A stretch of 64,000 bases of DNA from Candidatus Magnetocorallium paracelense (GCA_029001845.1 JAREWP010000022.1:33678-97677), one strand, 5' to 3'; numbered from the stretch's first letter, positions 35,100 through 46,339 are shown. The notes: generated from the sequence alone by a model not told the origin. Numbers and translations are program-made.

Positions 35100-35221
35100 T
35101 TCATATTCTACCATTTTTAATCTCACTGTCATTGAACTAATCGATAGGAAAAAAGAATCCCTCTCTTACTTATCATCTATTCCTGTTGCCTGTAATCTTA
35201 TTCCTTATGTTAAAATATGGT

Positions 35222-37144
35222 ATGCAAAGAATTGTCCCCTCTATAATAATAACCATTCTTCTTCTCTTCATCTCTTCCGCATTTGCCGTCCCTATAGAGA
35301 CATTCATCAAGGCCGACAAACTCGAATACGATCCTGTAAAAAAAGTCTATATTCTGACAGGCAATGTGGAGATAAAAAGGGTTGACGCTAATATAAAGGC
35401 GGAGTATATCGAGTATAACGAAGAGACGCTCTTTGTTAAAGCAAAAACGGACGTCTTTTATAGTGACAAAGAAGTGTCCATGCTTGCCGATGAAGCGGAT
35501 ATTTACATAGACAAAAAGACAGGTAAAATTAAAAACGGTGATATTACCTTTAAAAAAGACAATTATCATGTTACCGGTGACGAGGTAATTAAAAAAAGCG
35601 AAAGCGAGTACTTCCTTGAAAATGCGACATTTACCACCTGTGACGCCGATGTACCGGAATGGTGCTTTCATGCAAAGGAGGTAAATATTGAAGTCGGCGA
35701 TTATATGAAAGCCAAAAATATCAATTTCAGAGTAAAAGACTTCCCTATATTCTACTCTCCCTATTTCAGGACAGCGATTGCAAGAAAAACCGGATTTTTA
35801 ATACCAACCCTTGGCTTTGGAGACGATAAGGGGTCATATTTTAAACTCCCCTTTTACTGGGTCATCTCGGACAACAGAGACGCCACATTTAGTCTTGAAA
35901 TCCATACGAAAAGAGGGGCAGGGGAGGGCGTAGAATATCGCTATTTAGAAAGAGGAGGCATTGAGGGACACTGGAACGTGAAGCATCAGCATGACAGAGA
36001 GATGGATAAAGATTTTGTTTTAATAAAGGGCGAGCACTTACAGTTCGCCGAAGAAGGTCTGTCCCTTTATCTTGACGTCAATCACCTCAGTGAGGACGAA
36101 TATTATAAAGAATACAGTCCTGATATGGAGAAAACATTCCGCAGGTATCTTGAAACAAGGGGAGAGGTTTCCTATTCGTATAAGAGATTAAGAGGTTATT
36201 TGTTGTCCGAATATTGGGAGGATTTAAGATATGACAGAGAGGAAGTCTCGCAAATAACACCGGAACTGGGGCTGACACTCAACCCTACAAGAGTGGGGCC
36301 AGTGAATCTCTCTGTTACCTCATCTATAGCGAATATCTGGTCCGATGAAGGCGCTGACGGAGAACGTCTTCTATTTATTCCTAAAATCTATCACTCTATG
36401 GGTGAAACCTTCAGACTCAAGCAAACAGCAGCCTTTAAGGCTGAATCCTATTCTATGTCTCGTACCGCCGGTGACGAAAACGACAGCGACGACATGACAT
36501 TTCTCTATACAGCCAGCGCGGATGTGACGTTTACTAAGAAATACGACTCTTTTACCCATGTCATAGAACCATCTTTGGGTTTTACATATATATCCGACAG
36601 CAGCGAAGCGCCTGTTATCGACTATTTCGAACTCCTTGAAAAGAGATCGGACCTTGAATTGGCGCTAATGAATTATTTTAGAAATGACAATGGCACCTTT
36701 CTTTTTCTGCGACTCTCCAATCCCTTTGAACTTCTTGATTCCGCCAATCGATTTGGTCCTTTAAAGGTGCAGGTAAGATTGAATACCCCTGTCTCTCTTA
36801 CTGCAGACGCCACATACGACTACCACGATAATGAATTAAAAACAGTAAATACAGAGCTGGCTTTCAATCTTTTCAATTCCAGAATATACTTTGGAGAAAG
36901 ATACGACCTCGATTACGACAGGATGTTCCTCACAGGCGGCATTGGTTTCAGACCTTTTAAATATCTAACTTTAGGCGCCGACTTCTGGCACGATTCCAAG
37001 GAAGACGGTCACACTAACTTCACAGTTAACTCCACTTACTCAAGACAGTGCTGGGGCGTCAATATGCTCTTCAGAAAAAAACCGGACGATTTCAATTTCT
37101 ACTTCACCATCGACCTGAGAGGTCTTGGCGCCTATCGCCTATAA
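35222..37144 (+). CDS. lptD: LPS-assembly outer-membrane protein LptD
   Basis: About 640 aa from the ATG at 35222 (MQRIVPSIIITILLLFISSAFA signal). OstA-like N-terminus: IKADKLEYDPVKKVYILTGNVEI...FTTC. Followed by a large beta-barrel-type C-terminal region. Confidence 0.85.
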   Translation: MQRIVPSIIITILLLFISSAFAVPIETFIKADKLEYDPVKKVYILTGNVEIKRVDANIKAEYIEYNEETLFVKAKTDVFYSDKEVSMLADEADIYIDKKTGKIKNGDITFKKDNYHVTGDEVIKKSESEYFLENATFTTCDADVPEWCFHAKEVNIEVGDYMKAKNINFRVKDFPIFYSPYFRTAIARKTGFLIPTLGFGDDKGSYFKLPFYWVISDNRDATFSLEIHTKRGAGEGVEYRYLERGGIEGHWNVKHQHDREMDKDFVLIKGEHLQFAEEGLSLYLDVNHLSEDEYYKEYSPDMEKTFRRYLETRGEVSYSYKRLRGYLLSEYWEDLRYDREEVSQITPELGLTLNPTRVGPVNLSVTSSIANIWSDEGADGERLLFIPKIYHSMGETFRLKQTAAFKAESYSMSRTAGDENDSDDMTFLYTASADVTFTKKYDSFTHVIEPSLGFTYISDSSEAPVIDYFELLEKRSDLELALMNYFRNDNGTFLFLRLSNPFELLDSANRFGPLKVQVRLNTPVSLTADATYDYHDNELKTVNTELAFNLFNSRIYFGERYDLDYDRMFLTGGIGFRPFKYLTLGADFWHDSKEDGHTNFTVNSTYSRQCWGVNMLFRKKPDDFNFYFTIDLRGLGAYRL

Positions 37145-37163
37145 AGTGAGATATAATACAATA

Positions 37164-37350
37164 ACCTAACCCGGCAAGCGGTCACCAAACAGGTTTGATG
37201 TAATGCTTAGGAATTTCGAAAAAATTCCCTTCAAGTCTCCTCTCCCCTTGAGGGGAGAGGATTAAGGTGAGGGGTGACGGTGGAGAAGCGTTACCCTATC
37301 GAGTACTGTATCGACCGCCCTCACCCCAACCCTCTTCCCCTTCAAAGGGG
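37164..37350 (+). repeat. family A GC-rich multi-hairpin element, copy 3 (with the G-motif flank)
   Basis: aacctaacccggcaagcggtcacc...ggaatttcgaaaaaattcccttcaagtctcctctccccttgaggggagaggattaaggtgaggggtgacggtggagaagcgttaccctatcgag...ccctcaccccaaccctcttccccttcaaagggggagagggag. Confidence 0.9.
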
Positions 37351-37634
37351 GAGAGGGAGCAAGAGAATAACAGATCACAAATTTATTGATAATAAATGGA
37401 GCTTTGCTCCGTTATTTTACCTGTATCTGGAGGTTGATGTATGAAATTGTTTAGAAATTTGTTAATGATTGTTATGGTCTTTGCCATTTTTTACCGGAAA
37501 GACTCTTTCGATTATAAAGAGATTTCGTTAATTTAGTTCCTAATACTGCAGCGACACTTAATACTAATCGCTGTTCAGGCAACAGGCATAAGAAAAATCA
37601 AACCTTGTGCCTGTTGCCTTATGCCTTTTCACTC

Positions 37635-39488
37635 TTATAATTCAGAAATCCGTGGTAACTCTATTGTAAACACAGCACCGTCACCGCTGTTTTCAGCATA
37701 GAGTTTCCCGTTCATATTTTTTTCAATAATTACTTTTGACATATACAGACCGACCCCGGTGCCTTTTCCTTCTTCCTTCGTTGTAAAATAGGGTTCAAAA
37801 ATTTTGTCTATAATATTTTCAGGTATGCCTCCGGCTCGATCGCTGATTTTAATAAGAATTTTTTCGTTGACACTGTTTATTTTAATCGATACAACTCTGT
37901 TCTCACTGCTTATTCTCCCCTGACGGACTCTCTGTAATACAGCGTCCCTTGCATTATGCAGAATATTGATGACTACCTGCATAAATTCATTGAGGTAACT
38001 CTTTATGGTCAGGCTTTCGACACTTTCCGTCCTCAGTTCGACTCTGATATTTGCATTGTCCAGTTGCGCTGAAATCAGACTGATAACCTCCTTAATTGTC
38101 TTGGCAATATTGAAAGAGGACTTATCTTTCTCAGGCTTAAAAAAATTTCTGAAGTCATCTATTGTTTTTGACATATATTGAATTTGGGACATAGATGACT
38201 TGACCATTTTATCGAGGTAATCCTCATCCAACTCTCCATAATGATAAGCATCCTGGAAATCCTGAACAGCCAGGCCTAAAGCTGTAAGAGGCTGTCTCCA
38301 CTGGTGAGCAATAGCGCCGATCATTTCACCCATTGCAGCCAGTTTGGATTGTTGGACCAATATCTCTTCCTGTCTTCTTCTTTTCTTTATCTCTGAATTC
38401 ACTCTCATTTCCAGGTTTCTGTTGAGCTCGCGAAGCTCTTCTTCCTGTTTTTTCAGCTTATCTTCCAGCTCTTTGCGCTCGGTAATATCTCTGACAACAC
38501 CTACGGAACCGCTAAAATCCTTCTCACGCATTTTGATGACGCCAAAACTGCCTTTGAACTGAACGTCATTCAGACTCGATCCGGCTTCATAAATACCGGA
38601 ACTGTTAATCTCCGCTACCAATGAATCCTTATCCTTTTTATTGTCATCTTTTACATTGATCCTGACTTCCAGACCTTTTGTCGTACGCTGCCCGGTCCTT
38701 CTTTCATCGAACAGTTTTGGCTGCTCTTCATATCCTGTTTCAACACCTTCGTACTTTGTAAGCACTTTATCGCGGCTGATTTTATCTACATCTTCAGTGG
38801 GGATTAATTTGCTGAAATGCTTTCCTATCAGGATTTCGGGATCGTATCCATAATTTTTTATTGCACCGTTTATATAGGTAAAACAGCCTTTTTCATCTAC
38901 TTTGTACACCACATCGGGGATTGCTTCCATAAGGGCTCTGAAATTTTTTTCGGAGTTATGCACTTTAATTACTTCCTGAGCAAGCTCTTTGTAGAGTTCA
39001 TCAAGGGAATCTTCCACCATTTTACGCGTTTCTATCTCCTGCTTCAGCTCCAGGGTTCGTTCTTCCACGCAAAATTCCAGATGGTTTTTGTATTGTTCCA
39101 GTTCCTTTTCTTTTGCATGTAATCTCAAGGCAACTTCAATGGCAACATGCAAATCTCTTTTTGTGAAAGGTTTTAAAAGATAGTTATAGGGCTCCGTCTC
39201 TTTGATCTCCTTTAATAAATTTTCCGTATAACCGGAACTCATGTAAATAATCGGAACATCTATAGATTTTTCATGTATCCTCTTTGCCACATCGATACCG
39301 CTTGTACGATCTTCCAGAGTGATATCCATTAAAATAATATCGGGATGGTGGTCCTTTGCTACTTTGTTTATAGCCATGGCGCCTGTATTGACAATAGAAA
39401 ACACGTCATAATCCAATTCCTTTATCCAATCCCTTATCTGTTTTGCAATGGCTTTGGAATCCTCGACTATCATTATCGTAGTGTTCAT
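37635..39488 (-). CDS. hybrid response regulator / PAS histidine kinase
   Basis: 617 aa. N-terminal REC: IMIVEDSKAIA...ILMDITL. PAS. H-box: MGEMIGAIAHQWRQPLTAL. ATPase: GKGTGVGLYMSKVIIE. Confidence 0.9.
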   Translation of the reverse strand: MNTTIMIVEDSKAIAKQIRDWIKELDYDVFSIVNTGAMAINKVAKDHHPDIILMDITLEDRTSGIDVAKRIHEKSIDVPIIYMSSGYTENLLKEIKETEPYNYLLKPFTKRDLHVAIEVALRLHAKEKELEQYKNHLEFCVEERTLELKQEIETRKMVEDSLDELYKELAQEVIKVHNSEKNFRALMEAIPDVVYKVDEKGCFTYINGAIKNYGYDPEILIGKHFSKLIPTEDVDKISRDKVLTKYEGVETGYEEQPKLFDERRTGQRTTKGLEVRINVKDDNKKDKDSLVAEINSSGIYEAGSSLNDVQFKGSFGVIKMREKDFSGSVGVVRDITERKELEDKLKKQEEELRELNRNLEMRVNSEIKKRRRQEEILVQQSKLAAMGEMIGAIAHQWRQPLTALGLAVQDFQDAYHYGELDEDYLDKMVKSSMSQIQYMSKTIDDFRNFFKPEKDKSSFNIAKTIKEVISLISAQLDNANIRVELRTESVESLTIKSYLNEFMQVVINILHNARDAVLQRVRQGRISSENRVVSIKINSVNEKILIKISDRAGGIPENIIDKIFEPYFTTKEEGKGTGVGLYMSKVIIEKNMNGKLYAENSGDGAVFTIELPRISEL

Positions 39489-39490
39489 TG

Positions 39491-40945
39491 TTAATAATTA
39501 CCTCTTTCCACCAGGGTTATTATTGTCTGTAATCCGTTTTCAGCGTTTGAGACATCAATGATCCCGTTAAAATTGTTTTCTATAATCATCTTACTCATAT
39601 ACATGCCAATCCCGGTTCCGATTCCCTTTTCCTTGGTAGTGAAATAGGGTTCAAAAATTCGTTCAATATCTGCTTTGTTCATTCCCTTTCCATTATCCAA
39701 AATGACAATCGTTGTTTTATCTTCTGTCTTTTCTATTGAAATGATTATGCAGGGTTGATGAATTGTATTTTTATGTTCTGCAATGGCATCAATAGAATTT
39801 GAAATAATATTTTGAACAACATGTGAAAACTGACTGTGTAAACCATATATTATAACCGGTGACTTCGCCATATGGATTCGAACATCGATGCCATGCTTCT
39901 TTAAATTGTTTTCAAATAATTTCAAAACATTATTTATATTTTCTTTCACATCGAAATCTTCATATTCCGAGCCGGGTTTCAGAAAATTCATAAAATCGTC
40001 GATTGTATTTGACATACTAAGAATTTGATCCATACTTTCTCTGACAAATTTGTCAATATAGTTTTTATCCAACTCTTCATGAACATAGGCTTCCTCGACA
40101 TCCTGTACAAACATTCCTAATGCTGTCAATGGTTGCCTCCATTGATGAGCGATGGCGCCAACCATTTCTCCCATAGATGCGAGCTTTGATTGTTGAATCA
40201 ATATTTTTTCCTGTGCATTTCTTTTTTGTATCTCCTGTTCCACTTTTTGCTCCAGTTCGTTTTTATATGCCCTTATCTCCGTAATATCTTCACCGGAAGA
40301 GAGGGTTTGGAAAATTTTACCCTTTTCATCTTTAAAATAGCTGTTATGCCATGCAATGAGCCGTTTTTTTCCGCTTGAGGTGACTATACTATTCTCATGA
40401 TACTCAATTTCATCGGTTTCACCGCATAACATTATCTCGAAAAATTTATGAACTTCCTTTGCTTCATCAGGTGGAAGGCAGAGAAAAAACCAGTTTTTAC
40501 CAATTGCATCATCGGCCTTCACTTCCAGAATATCTAAAGCACGTTGATTTAAATGGGCGATGGTTCCGTCAGGGTTTAAGACGACAAGCATGGAGCCCGC
40601 CATATTAAAGTAGAGTTCGCTGTTGACTTTTTCCAATGAGATTTGAGCATAGGCTTCTTTTAACGCCTTATTGCTTTGTGTCAGCTCGTTTTTAACAGAT
40701 TCCAGATTGTTTTGTGTTTGAACTAAATAACGTATCAAAAAAGCGGAGATAAAAAAAACGACAAAAGCATCGACAGCCGGTGTAATGAAGCCGACAATTA
40801 ATAAATTCTTATCAAAGAAACCGCCTGTCAGCCAATAACTTTGAATGACAATTAAAAACTCCGAAATAATAATGGCCGCGACAGTAAAAAGAGCGATATA
40901 AGGCCAAAAACCCAATCGGGCCAATACTTTTACCAATTTATCCAT
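39491..40945 (-). CDS. membrane PAS sensor histidine kinase (paralogue of the downstream kinase core)
   Basis: 484 aa, 2-3 TM helices, PAS. H-box: MGEMVGAIAHQWRQPLTAL. ATPase: GIGTGIGMYMSKMIIE. Ends 2 bp before the next gene. Confidence 0.9.
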   Translation of the reverse strand: MDKLVKVLARLGFWPYIALFTVAAIIISEFLIVIQSYWLTGGFFDKNLLIVGFITPAVDAFVVFFISAFLIRYLVQTQNNLESVKNELTQSNKALKEAYAQISLEKVNSELYFNMAGSMLVVLNPDGTIAHLNQRALDILEVKADDAIGKNWFFLCLPPDEAKEVHKFFEIMLCGETDEIEYHENSIVTSSGKKRLIAWHNSYFKDEKGKIFQTLSSGEDITEIRAYKNELEQKVEQEIQKRNAQEKILIQQSKLASMGEMVGAIAHQWRQPLTALGMFVQDVEEAYVHEELDKNYIDKFVRESMDQILSMSNTIDDFMNFLKPGSEYEDFDVKENINNVLKLFENNLKKHGIDVRIHMAKSPVIIYGLHSQFSHVVQNIISNSIDAIAEHKNTIHQPCIIISIEKTEDKTTIVILDNGKGMNKADIERIFEPYFTTKEKGIGTGIGMYMSKMIIENNFNGIIDVSNAENGLQTIITLVERGNY

Positions 40946-41306
40946 ATCCCTTATTATAGCTAATATATTTATGATGATTAAACGTTAATTTTTAACAAAC
41001 ATGTATGAGACTGCATAATCCGTTAACACCCCCCTCTATGTTTATTTCGTCCGGCACATATTGATTTATAGTATAGAAATATGTTAACTATAGGAAGTCT
41101 TACCTGCATTATATTAAATCTATTGTGATGAAATATAGTCAAAGTAAAATATTTTATGCCGCTGACAGGTAACGTAGAAATAGAACAATTTATACCATAA
41201 TAAAAAAGTCCGCTAAAAAGAACAAAGTCTTGAAAATACAGACTTACCATGTTTTTTAACTAATATTGATAAATTGAATATATTTAAAAAAAAAAACTGC
41301 TGAAAA

Positions 41307-42980
41307 ATGGAGGAGTTCTTAATAAAGGTTCTGAGCAAAATAAATTTTGGAGTAAAAATAATAGTCGCTGTTGTCATCACTTTTGTTGTCAGCTTTTTCA
41401 TCAACTTTTTTTATGTCAAGGGAATTATTGAGCATAATGCAAAGACAGCTTTAATTAAAGAGGCTGAATCCGTAGCCGGAATTGCCGAGGAAATTAGAAA
41501 CACGGTATCCTCTTTTTGGGAGGAGGAAGTCCTGGACTCAGAAAGACTGATTGCCAATACGAAAGAAGCCATGAAAAATATACACTCAGACGAAGAACGT
41601 CTGAAAAAAGCCAGAACTCTTCCTGTTTATAACACAATTCCCATCGTCGCTTCATGGGATGCCCTTGGTAAAAAGGCAGATACCTTGGGTTACAAATTTA
41701 AAGTGCTGAGTCTTACACCGAGAAATTCCAGAAACATGGCGGAAGGTAAAGAGGCGGATATGCTTAAGCACATGGAAAATACAGGAAAAAACCAGACATG
41801 GCGAATAGACAGGGAAAGTAATTCTTTATGGTTTATAAAAGCAATTAAAGTTGAGGAGGGATGCCTGTTTTGTCATGGAGATGGGGATTACGATATACTT
41901 GGTTTTAAAAAGGAGGGTATGAAATCCGGAGATTTTAGAGGGGGTTTTAAATTCGCTTTCAGTCTTGAACCGATGCAACAGGAAATCAGGAATTTTCTTT
42001 TTAAAACCACTTTCCTTGCAGTGATTCTCATATTGATTGTTGCTGCTGTTGTCAAGTATATGGTTGCTAAGTTGGCTATAAAGCCTGTATCGGAAATGCG
42101 TAGGGGAATCGAGTTAATATCTCAGGGAGATCTTTCTGCAAAAGTAAAGGTGGAAACCGAAGATGATATTGGTATGGCAGGTAAGGCTTTAAACAGCATG
42201 GCGCAAAAATTGGATGAAATAATTGGTAATATCAAGAGAGCTGCGGAACATGTGGCTTCAAGCAGTAACGAAATCAGTACAAGCTCACAAGTGCTGTCAC
42301 AGGGCGCCACTGAACAGGCCGCATCGGCTGAAGAAGCATCTTCAGCGATGGAACAAATGTCTGCAAATATAAAACAAAACGCGAATAACGCTGTGGAAAC
42401 GGACAAAATAGCGGTAAATGCATCGGGTAATGCAGATGAAAGCGGTAAAGCCGTGTCACAGGCAGTTAACGCCATGAATCAAATAGCAGATAAAATTAAT
42501 ATTATTGAAGAAATCGCACGTCAGACAAATCTTCTTGCATTGAATGCAGCGATCGAGGCTGCTCGCGCCGGCGAGCACGGGAAAGGTTTTGCAGTTGTCG
42601 CCTCTGAAGTAAGAAAGCTTGCAGAACGGAGCCAGACAGCAGCCGCTGAAATCACCGAGCTGTCGGGGTCAAGTGTCGCTGTGTCGGAAAAGGCGGGACA
42701 AATGCTTATTAAACTTGTACCGGACATCCGAAGAACAGCGGAACTTATACAGGAAATTTCTGCTTCAAGCAATGAGCAGAGCACGGGAGTAGAGCAAATC
42801 AACATTGCCATTCAACAACTTGACACCGTTATTCAGCAAAATGCTTCAGCTTCGGAAGAACTTTCATCCGCCTCAGAAGAGCTTTCTGCTCAGGCCGTTG
42901 CACTTAAAGATTCAGTTTCATATTTCAAGACTTCCAATGCAGGAATTAGGGGTTCAGTATCGTCCGAGGAAAGACAATAA
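41307..42980 (+). CDS. methyl-accepting chemotaxis protein with a DUF3365 (CxxCH) periplasmic sensor domain
   Basis: 557 aa. Two TM helices flank a domain containing [13 protein letters not shown]...[10 protein letters not shown]. Then HAMP and the MCP signalling domain ([41 protein letters not shown]). Confidence 0.9.
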   Translation: MEEFLIKVLSKINFGVKIIVAVVITFVVSFFINFFYVKGIIEHNAKTALIKEAESVAGIAEEIRNTVSSFWEEEVLDSERLIANTKEAMKNIHSDEERLKKARTLPVYNTIPIVASWDALGKKADTLGYKFKVLSLTPRNSRNMAEGKEADMLKHMENTGKNQTWRIDRESNSLWFIKAIKVEEGCLFCHGDGDYDILGFKKEGMKSGDFRGGFKFAFSLEPMQQEIRNFLFKTTFLAVILILIVAAVVKYMVAKLAIKPVSEMRRGIELISQGDLSAKVKVETEDDIGMAGKALNSMAQKLDEIIGNIKRAAEHVASSSNEISTSSQVLSQGATEQAASAEEASSAMEQMSANIKQNANNAVETDKIAVNASGNADESGKAVSQAVNAMNQIADKINIIEEIARQTNLLALNAAIEAARAGEHGKGFAVVASEVRKLAERSQTAAAEITELSGSSVAVSEKAGQMLIKLVPDIRRTAELIQEISASSNEQSTGVEQINIAIQQLDTVIQQNASASEELSSASEELSAQAVALKDSVSYFKTSNAGIRGSVSSEERQ

Positions 42981-43265
42981 TCTGTCTTTAGCACTAATGC
43001 AACTAAGGTCTCCTATGATTCTTCTTTCAGGAAGGGCCTTTTTTATTATTAATGTTGGTGTTGCTCGGTTATTTCGTCAAATCCTTTTATTGCGGTAGGA
43101 CATTTTTCTAATACTTTACTCCCCATTTACTCTCCTATTAAAAGTTTGTGTTATCGATAGAGTTTATATTAACAAAAAAAAGAGTCTTACCCATAGCAAC
43201 ATCATTAGAAAAGCAACAATAGATGCATAAAAAATTATCCGGTTCGTCAGAAAGCGCAGGTAAGC

Positions 43266-44090
43266 CTAAATAGAGTCCTTCCCGGAGTTGGAAAGAATAT
43301 GAACATCCCTTTTTGGATAAGGAATTTCTATGCCGGCTTTTTTGATCTCACTGTAGACTGCTAAATTCACCTTATAAAGAGACTGATAATAACTGTTGGT
43401 AGGCACCCAGAAACGGTAACTTATGTTTACTGAAGAATCTCCGAAGCTTCCGATACCTATTTGCGGTCTTGTCTCTTTAGAGACCTCCGGTATGGCAAGG
43501 AGCACTTTCTCCACAATAGCGATTGCTTCTTCCGGCGCACACTCGTAACTGACTCCAATGGATTCTTCGGCTATTTTCACTTCTCGGGAATTGAAAAGAA
43601 TTTCTCCGATAATATGCTTGTTCGGGATATTGATCTCAACTCCGTCTTCATCCTCTATCATTGTGTATGCCAGAGTGACTTCTTTTACGATTCCGCTGAC
43701 ATTTTTAACTGTAATCGTGTTTCCTACAACAAAAGGGCGGGATATAATGATCGAAAGGCCGGCGCCGTAATTCGAAAGAGGTCCCTGAATGGCAAAGCTT
43801 GCGCCAAAGGCCATTGCAGTGATGGCGGCGACAAGGGGGGCAATGCTGATTCCGAACTTGCCCAGTGCGATAATAAAAGTAAAGGAGAGAATCAATATTT
43901 TAACGGTTTTAGCTATAAACTTAGATAATGTTACATCGAATTTCTTCCTGTCAAAAAGTTTTAACAGCATGGAAGATATCCAGCCTGCAACCATCCACCC
44001 GATAATAAGTACAAAAACCGCTCCAATAACCTGGAAACTGTAATTTACACAAAAATCGATTATTGTTATGACTACTTTTTCTATATCCAT
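43266..44090 (-). CDS. small-conductance mechanosensitive channel (MscS family)
   Basis: 274 aa, three N-terminal TM helices. MscS core: GPLSNYGAGLSIIISRPFVVGNTITV...GIVKEV.L..T. Confidence 0.9.
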   Translation of the reverse strand: MDIEKVVITIIDFCVNYSFQVIGAVFVLIIGWMVAGWISSMLLKLFDRKKFDVTLSKFIAKTVKILILSFTFIIALGKFGISIAPLVAAITAMAFGASFAIQGPLSNYGAGLSIIISRPFVVGNTITVKNVSGIVKEVTLAYTMIEDEDGVEINIPNKHIIGEILFNSREVKIAEESIGVSYECAPEEAIAIVEKVLLAIPEVSKETRPQIGIGSFGDSSVNISYRFWVPTNSYYQSLYKVNLAVYSEIKKAGIEIPYPKRDVHILSNSGKDSI

Positions 44091-44102
44091 TGTGTCTCCT
44101 TA

Positions 44103-46136
44103 TTATCTTCCAAAGGGCAGTCCCTTTAGTATTTCTTTGCCGGATTCTTTAAGATTATCAAGGTTCTCTTCCAGAGCTTCGGGATTATTTATAAGTTCTT
44201 TTACCTCGTCGGGATTACTCAGATCAACATTGAGGGTCTCTTTGAGCATGCCCTTCAGATCGGGTTTAAACGCCGGAGAATCGAATGTCCCTGTAATGAG
44301 AACGGGAACCATAATGCCTGTTCTCTTTTTCTCGTCTCCCTGTCCCTGTAAGGTCGAAACGAATTTCGGTTCGACACGAAAATCAAGTTCCTCTTTGACA
44401 AGATCAGCCTCACCTGAAGATGTAACTCTCAGTAAAGGAGAGAGGAGCTTTGTGGCTTCTGTATGAAAGAGGCCCTCTGTGATAGTAAATGGAATATGGA
44501 GCTCTGTAAAGTCCGTTTTTGGACGATCTTTCGCTGTCGCTTCGAGTCCGAAGGATGTTTTTATGTTTCTCACCATGGCCGGTATGTCTATTCCTATTAT
44601 GGCGCCGTCATTAAACCTTATTTCACCGGTTCCGCTCAGACTCTTTTTGATTTGTTCCGTGCTTTCGCCTTTGGCGGCTATAGAGATATTCGCATTTAGC
44701 ACGCCTTCTACTATGTCTCTTTTTAAGAAGTCACGTACTATTACGCCTCCCTGAATATTTTCCAATGTAACGTTAAAATCTGTCACCGGTATCTCTTTGC
44801 TCACATCTAAGGCTGTCTTTAGCAGGACAGTTCCTTCAAACATCTTCAGATGTAAGGGGTCAATTTTATATAAACCACTTCTGCCTGTTAACTCAACAAA
44901 GATATCCTTTACTTGCGATTCCTTAATTTTTACTGTATCGGCCTCAATTTTACCTTTTATAACAGGTGTGCGCAATGGAGCGTAATCGATTTTTTTCTTC
45001 TCCTTATCGCTGCCTTCTGCTTTTGGCTCATCTTTGCTTTCATCTCTGTTTTTATTGTCCGGCGGTAAATATCTGTTCAAATCAATAGTGTCAAGATGTA
45101 CATGAAAGGCTATGTCAGGGCCGGCGAAATCGCTAATATCGGTATTAAAAGATATTGTTGTTTCATCGATTGTAAATAAACCGTTTTTTAAGTGGACTTC
45201 CTTCGCCGTACCATTAAGAGTCGTGTTCAGAGACAGAGAGGTTAAAGCATTTTTATCCGCAGTTTGAAGAGGGAAAGGAATATTAAGAGCATCTGTTATT
45301 CTTCGAGGGGAAAATTGATTAACCTTGAGAGTCATATCATACTCGCCTCCTTTGCTCAAAGCCGACACGTTTCCCTTTACGTCAATATCCAGTTCTCCAA
45401 TTAGTTTGGCAATCAGTTCAAAATGTATCGTGTCCTCAAGAGGCTGTCTTCCTATCGGACCAATTTTACCATCAAGAGAGAGGGGAAGGTTATCTGCTTT
45501 TGCAGAAAATGTAAAATGAATCGGATTATCGAAAGACACTTCTTTTAATTGAAAATTAATATTGGTAATGTTCTTCTTTAATCCTGAAGAACGGTCGGAA
45601 AATGTAAGAGAACCCTCTTTAACAGAGAAATCACCAACTGTTAAAGATTTAACCGGCAGTTCCAATGGATCGCCTTTTTTTTCTGTACGATTGTCCGTGG
45701 GTTTGGTTTGTTTCTGCCTGCTTCCGCCGACACCCTCCCAGTTGGCCAAACCATCCTTATTCTTCTCCAATACGATTCGTGGTTCTTTTATAATAAATCT
45801 TTTAAGCTCTATCTCTTTTGACAAAAGCGGCAATAATTTAACTCTTACTTCAAATTTGTCTAGAGAAACAAAAAAATCGCTTTCAAAGCCCTCAGGATTG
45901 CCAAGGATCATGTTATTCAGTTTAAATCCAGCCCAAGGGAAGAGGGAAAGAGCGATTTCTCCATTCAATTCGAAAGTTCTGCCTGTAGCAGCAGTTACCT
46001 TTTCCTTGATAAGGGGTTTATATTTATTAATATCTATAAAGAGAGGTATTGTGATGAGGGCTACAATGATAAATACAAAAAGTGCGAAAACTGTCAGGAA
46101 ACTCCATTTCAATAACTTGTTCACTGGCTCCTCCAA
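44103..46136 (-). CDS. AsmA family outer-membrane biogenesis protein
   Basis: 677 aa. N-terminal anchor followed by DINKYKPLIKEKVTAATGRTFELNGEIALSLFPWAGFKLNNMILGNPEGF, typical of AsmA. AsmA_2-like C-terminus. Confidence 0.85.
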   Translation of the reverse strand: MEEPVNKLLKWSFLTVFALFVFIIVALITIPLFIDINKYKPLIKEKVTAATGRTFELNGEIALSLFPWAGFKLNNMILGNPEGFESDFFVSLDKFEVRVKLLPLLSKEIELKRFIIKEPRIVLEKNKDGLANWEGVGGSRQKQTKPTDNRTEKKGDPLELPVKSLTVGDFSVKEGSLTFSDRSSGLKKNITNINFQLKEVSFDNPIHFTFSAKADNLPLSLDGKIGPIGRQPLEDTIHFELIAKLIGELDIDVKGNVSALSKGGEYDMTLKVNQFSPRRITDALNIPFPLQTADKNALTSLSLNTTLNGTAKEVHLKNGLFTIDETTISFNTDISDFAGPDIAFHVHLDTIDLNRYLPPDNKNRDESKDEPKAEGSDKEKKKIDYAPLRTPVIKGKIEADTVKIKESQVKDIFVELTGRSGLYKIDPLHLKMFEGTVLLKTALDVSKEIPVTDFNVTLENIQGGVIVRDFLKRDIVEGVLNANISIAAKGESTEQIKKSLSGTGEIRFNDGAIIGIDIPAMVRNIKTSFGLEATAKDRPKTDFTELHIPFTITEGLFHTEATKLLSPLLRVTSSGEADLVKEELDFRVEPKFVSTLQGQGDEKKRTGIMVPVLITGTFDSPAFKPDLKGMLKETLNVDLSNPDEVKELINNPEALEENLDNLKESGKEILKGLPFGR

Positions 46137-46159
46137 TATGAGTAAGTTTTAACGGGAAA

Positions 46160-46339
46160 TTACGATGAATAATCGTTGAATTTATCTTCTATTTTGTCTA
46201 CTGTGTCATCGAACTTTCTAAAAAATTTTGCTATTAAAACAAAGAAATACTTTATAACAACAACGAATGTTGCAACCATCATCAAGGCGATTAGTATGAA
46301 GAAGGCGATTAGCAGCAGTTCAAGATCGTTTAACTGCAT
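46160..46339 (-). CDS. small hypothetical membrane protein (59 aa, below the ORF-track cutoff)
   Basis: My translation: MQLNDLELLLIAFFILIALMMVATFVVVIKYFFVLIAKFFRKFDDTVDKIEDKFNDYSS. One long hydrophobic segment. Ends 23 bp upstream of asmA on the same strand. Confidence 0.35.
   Translation of the reverse strand: MQLNDLELLLIAFFILIALMMVATFVVVIKYFFVLIAKFFRKFDDTVDKIEDKFNDYSS

Noticed and set aside
37441-37536. 31-codon ORF MKLFRNLLMIVMVFAIFYRKDSFDYKEISLI with a GGAGG 7 nt upstream.
   Set aside because: It has a good RBS and a hydrophobic core. However, it is too short and isolated to support without expression or conservation data, so it is not listed as a feature.
37577-37624. Overlapping inverted repeats ggcaacaggca / tgcctgttgcc and ggcataag / cttatgcc just downstream of the kinase gene stop at 37635.
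   Set aside because: They could form a hairpin, but no U-tract follows on either strand, so the function is ambiguous. Noted only.
41023-41404. ORFs 41023..41250 - and 41213..41404 - in the divergent promoter region upstream of the MCP.
   Set aside because: The region is extremely AT-rich. The translations are Phe/Ile/Lys-rich nonsense, and one of them overlaps the start of the MCP gene.
43025-43050. Terminator after the MCP at 42980 (cttctttcaggaagggcctttttt).
   Set aside because: The stem is only about 4 bp, although a T-run is present. That is too weak to annotate.
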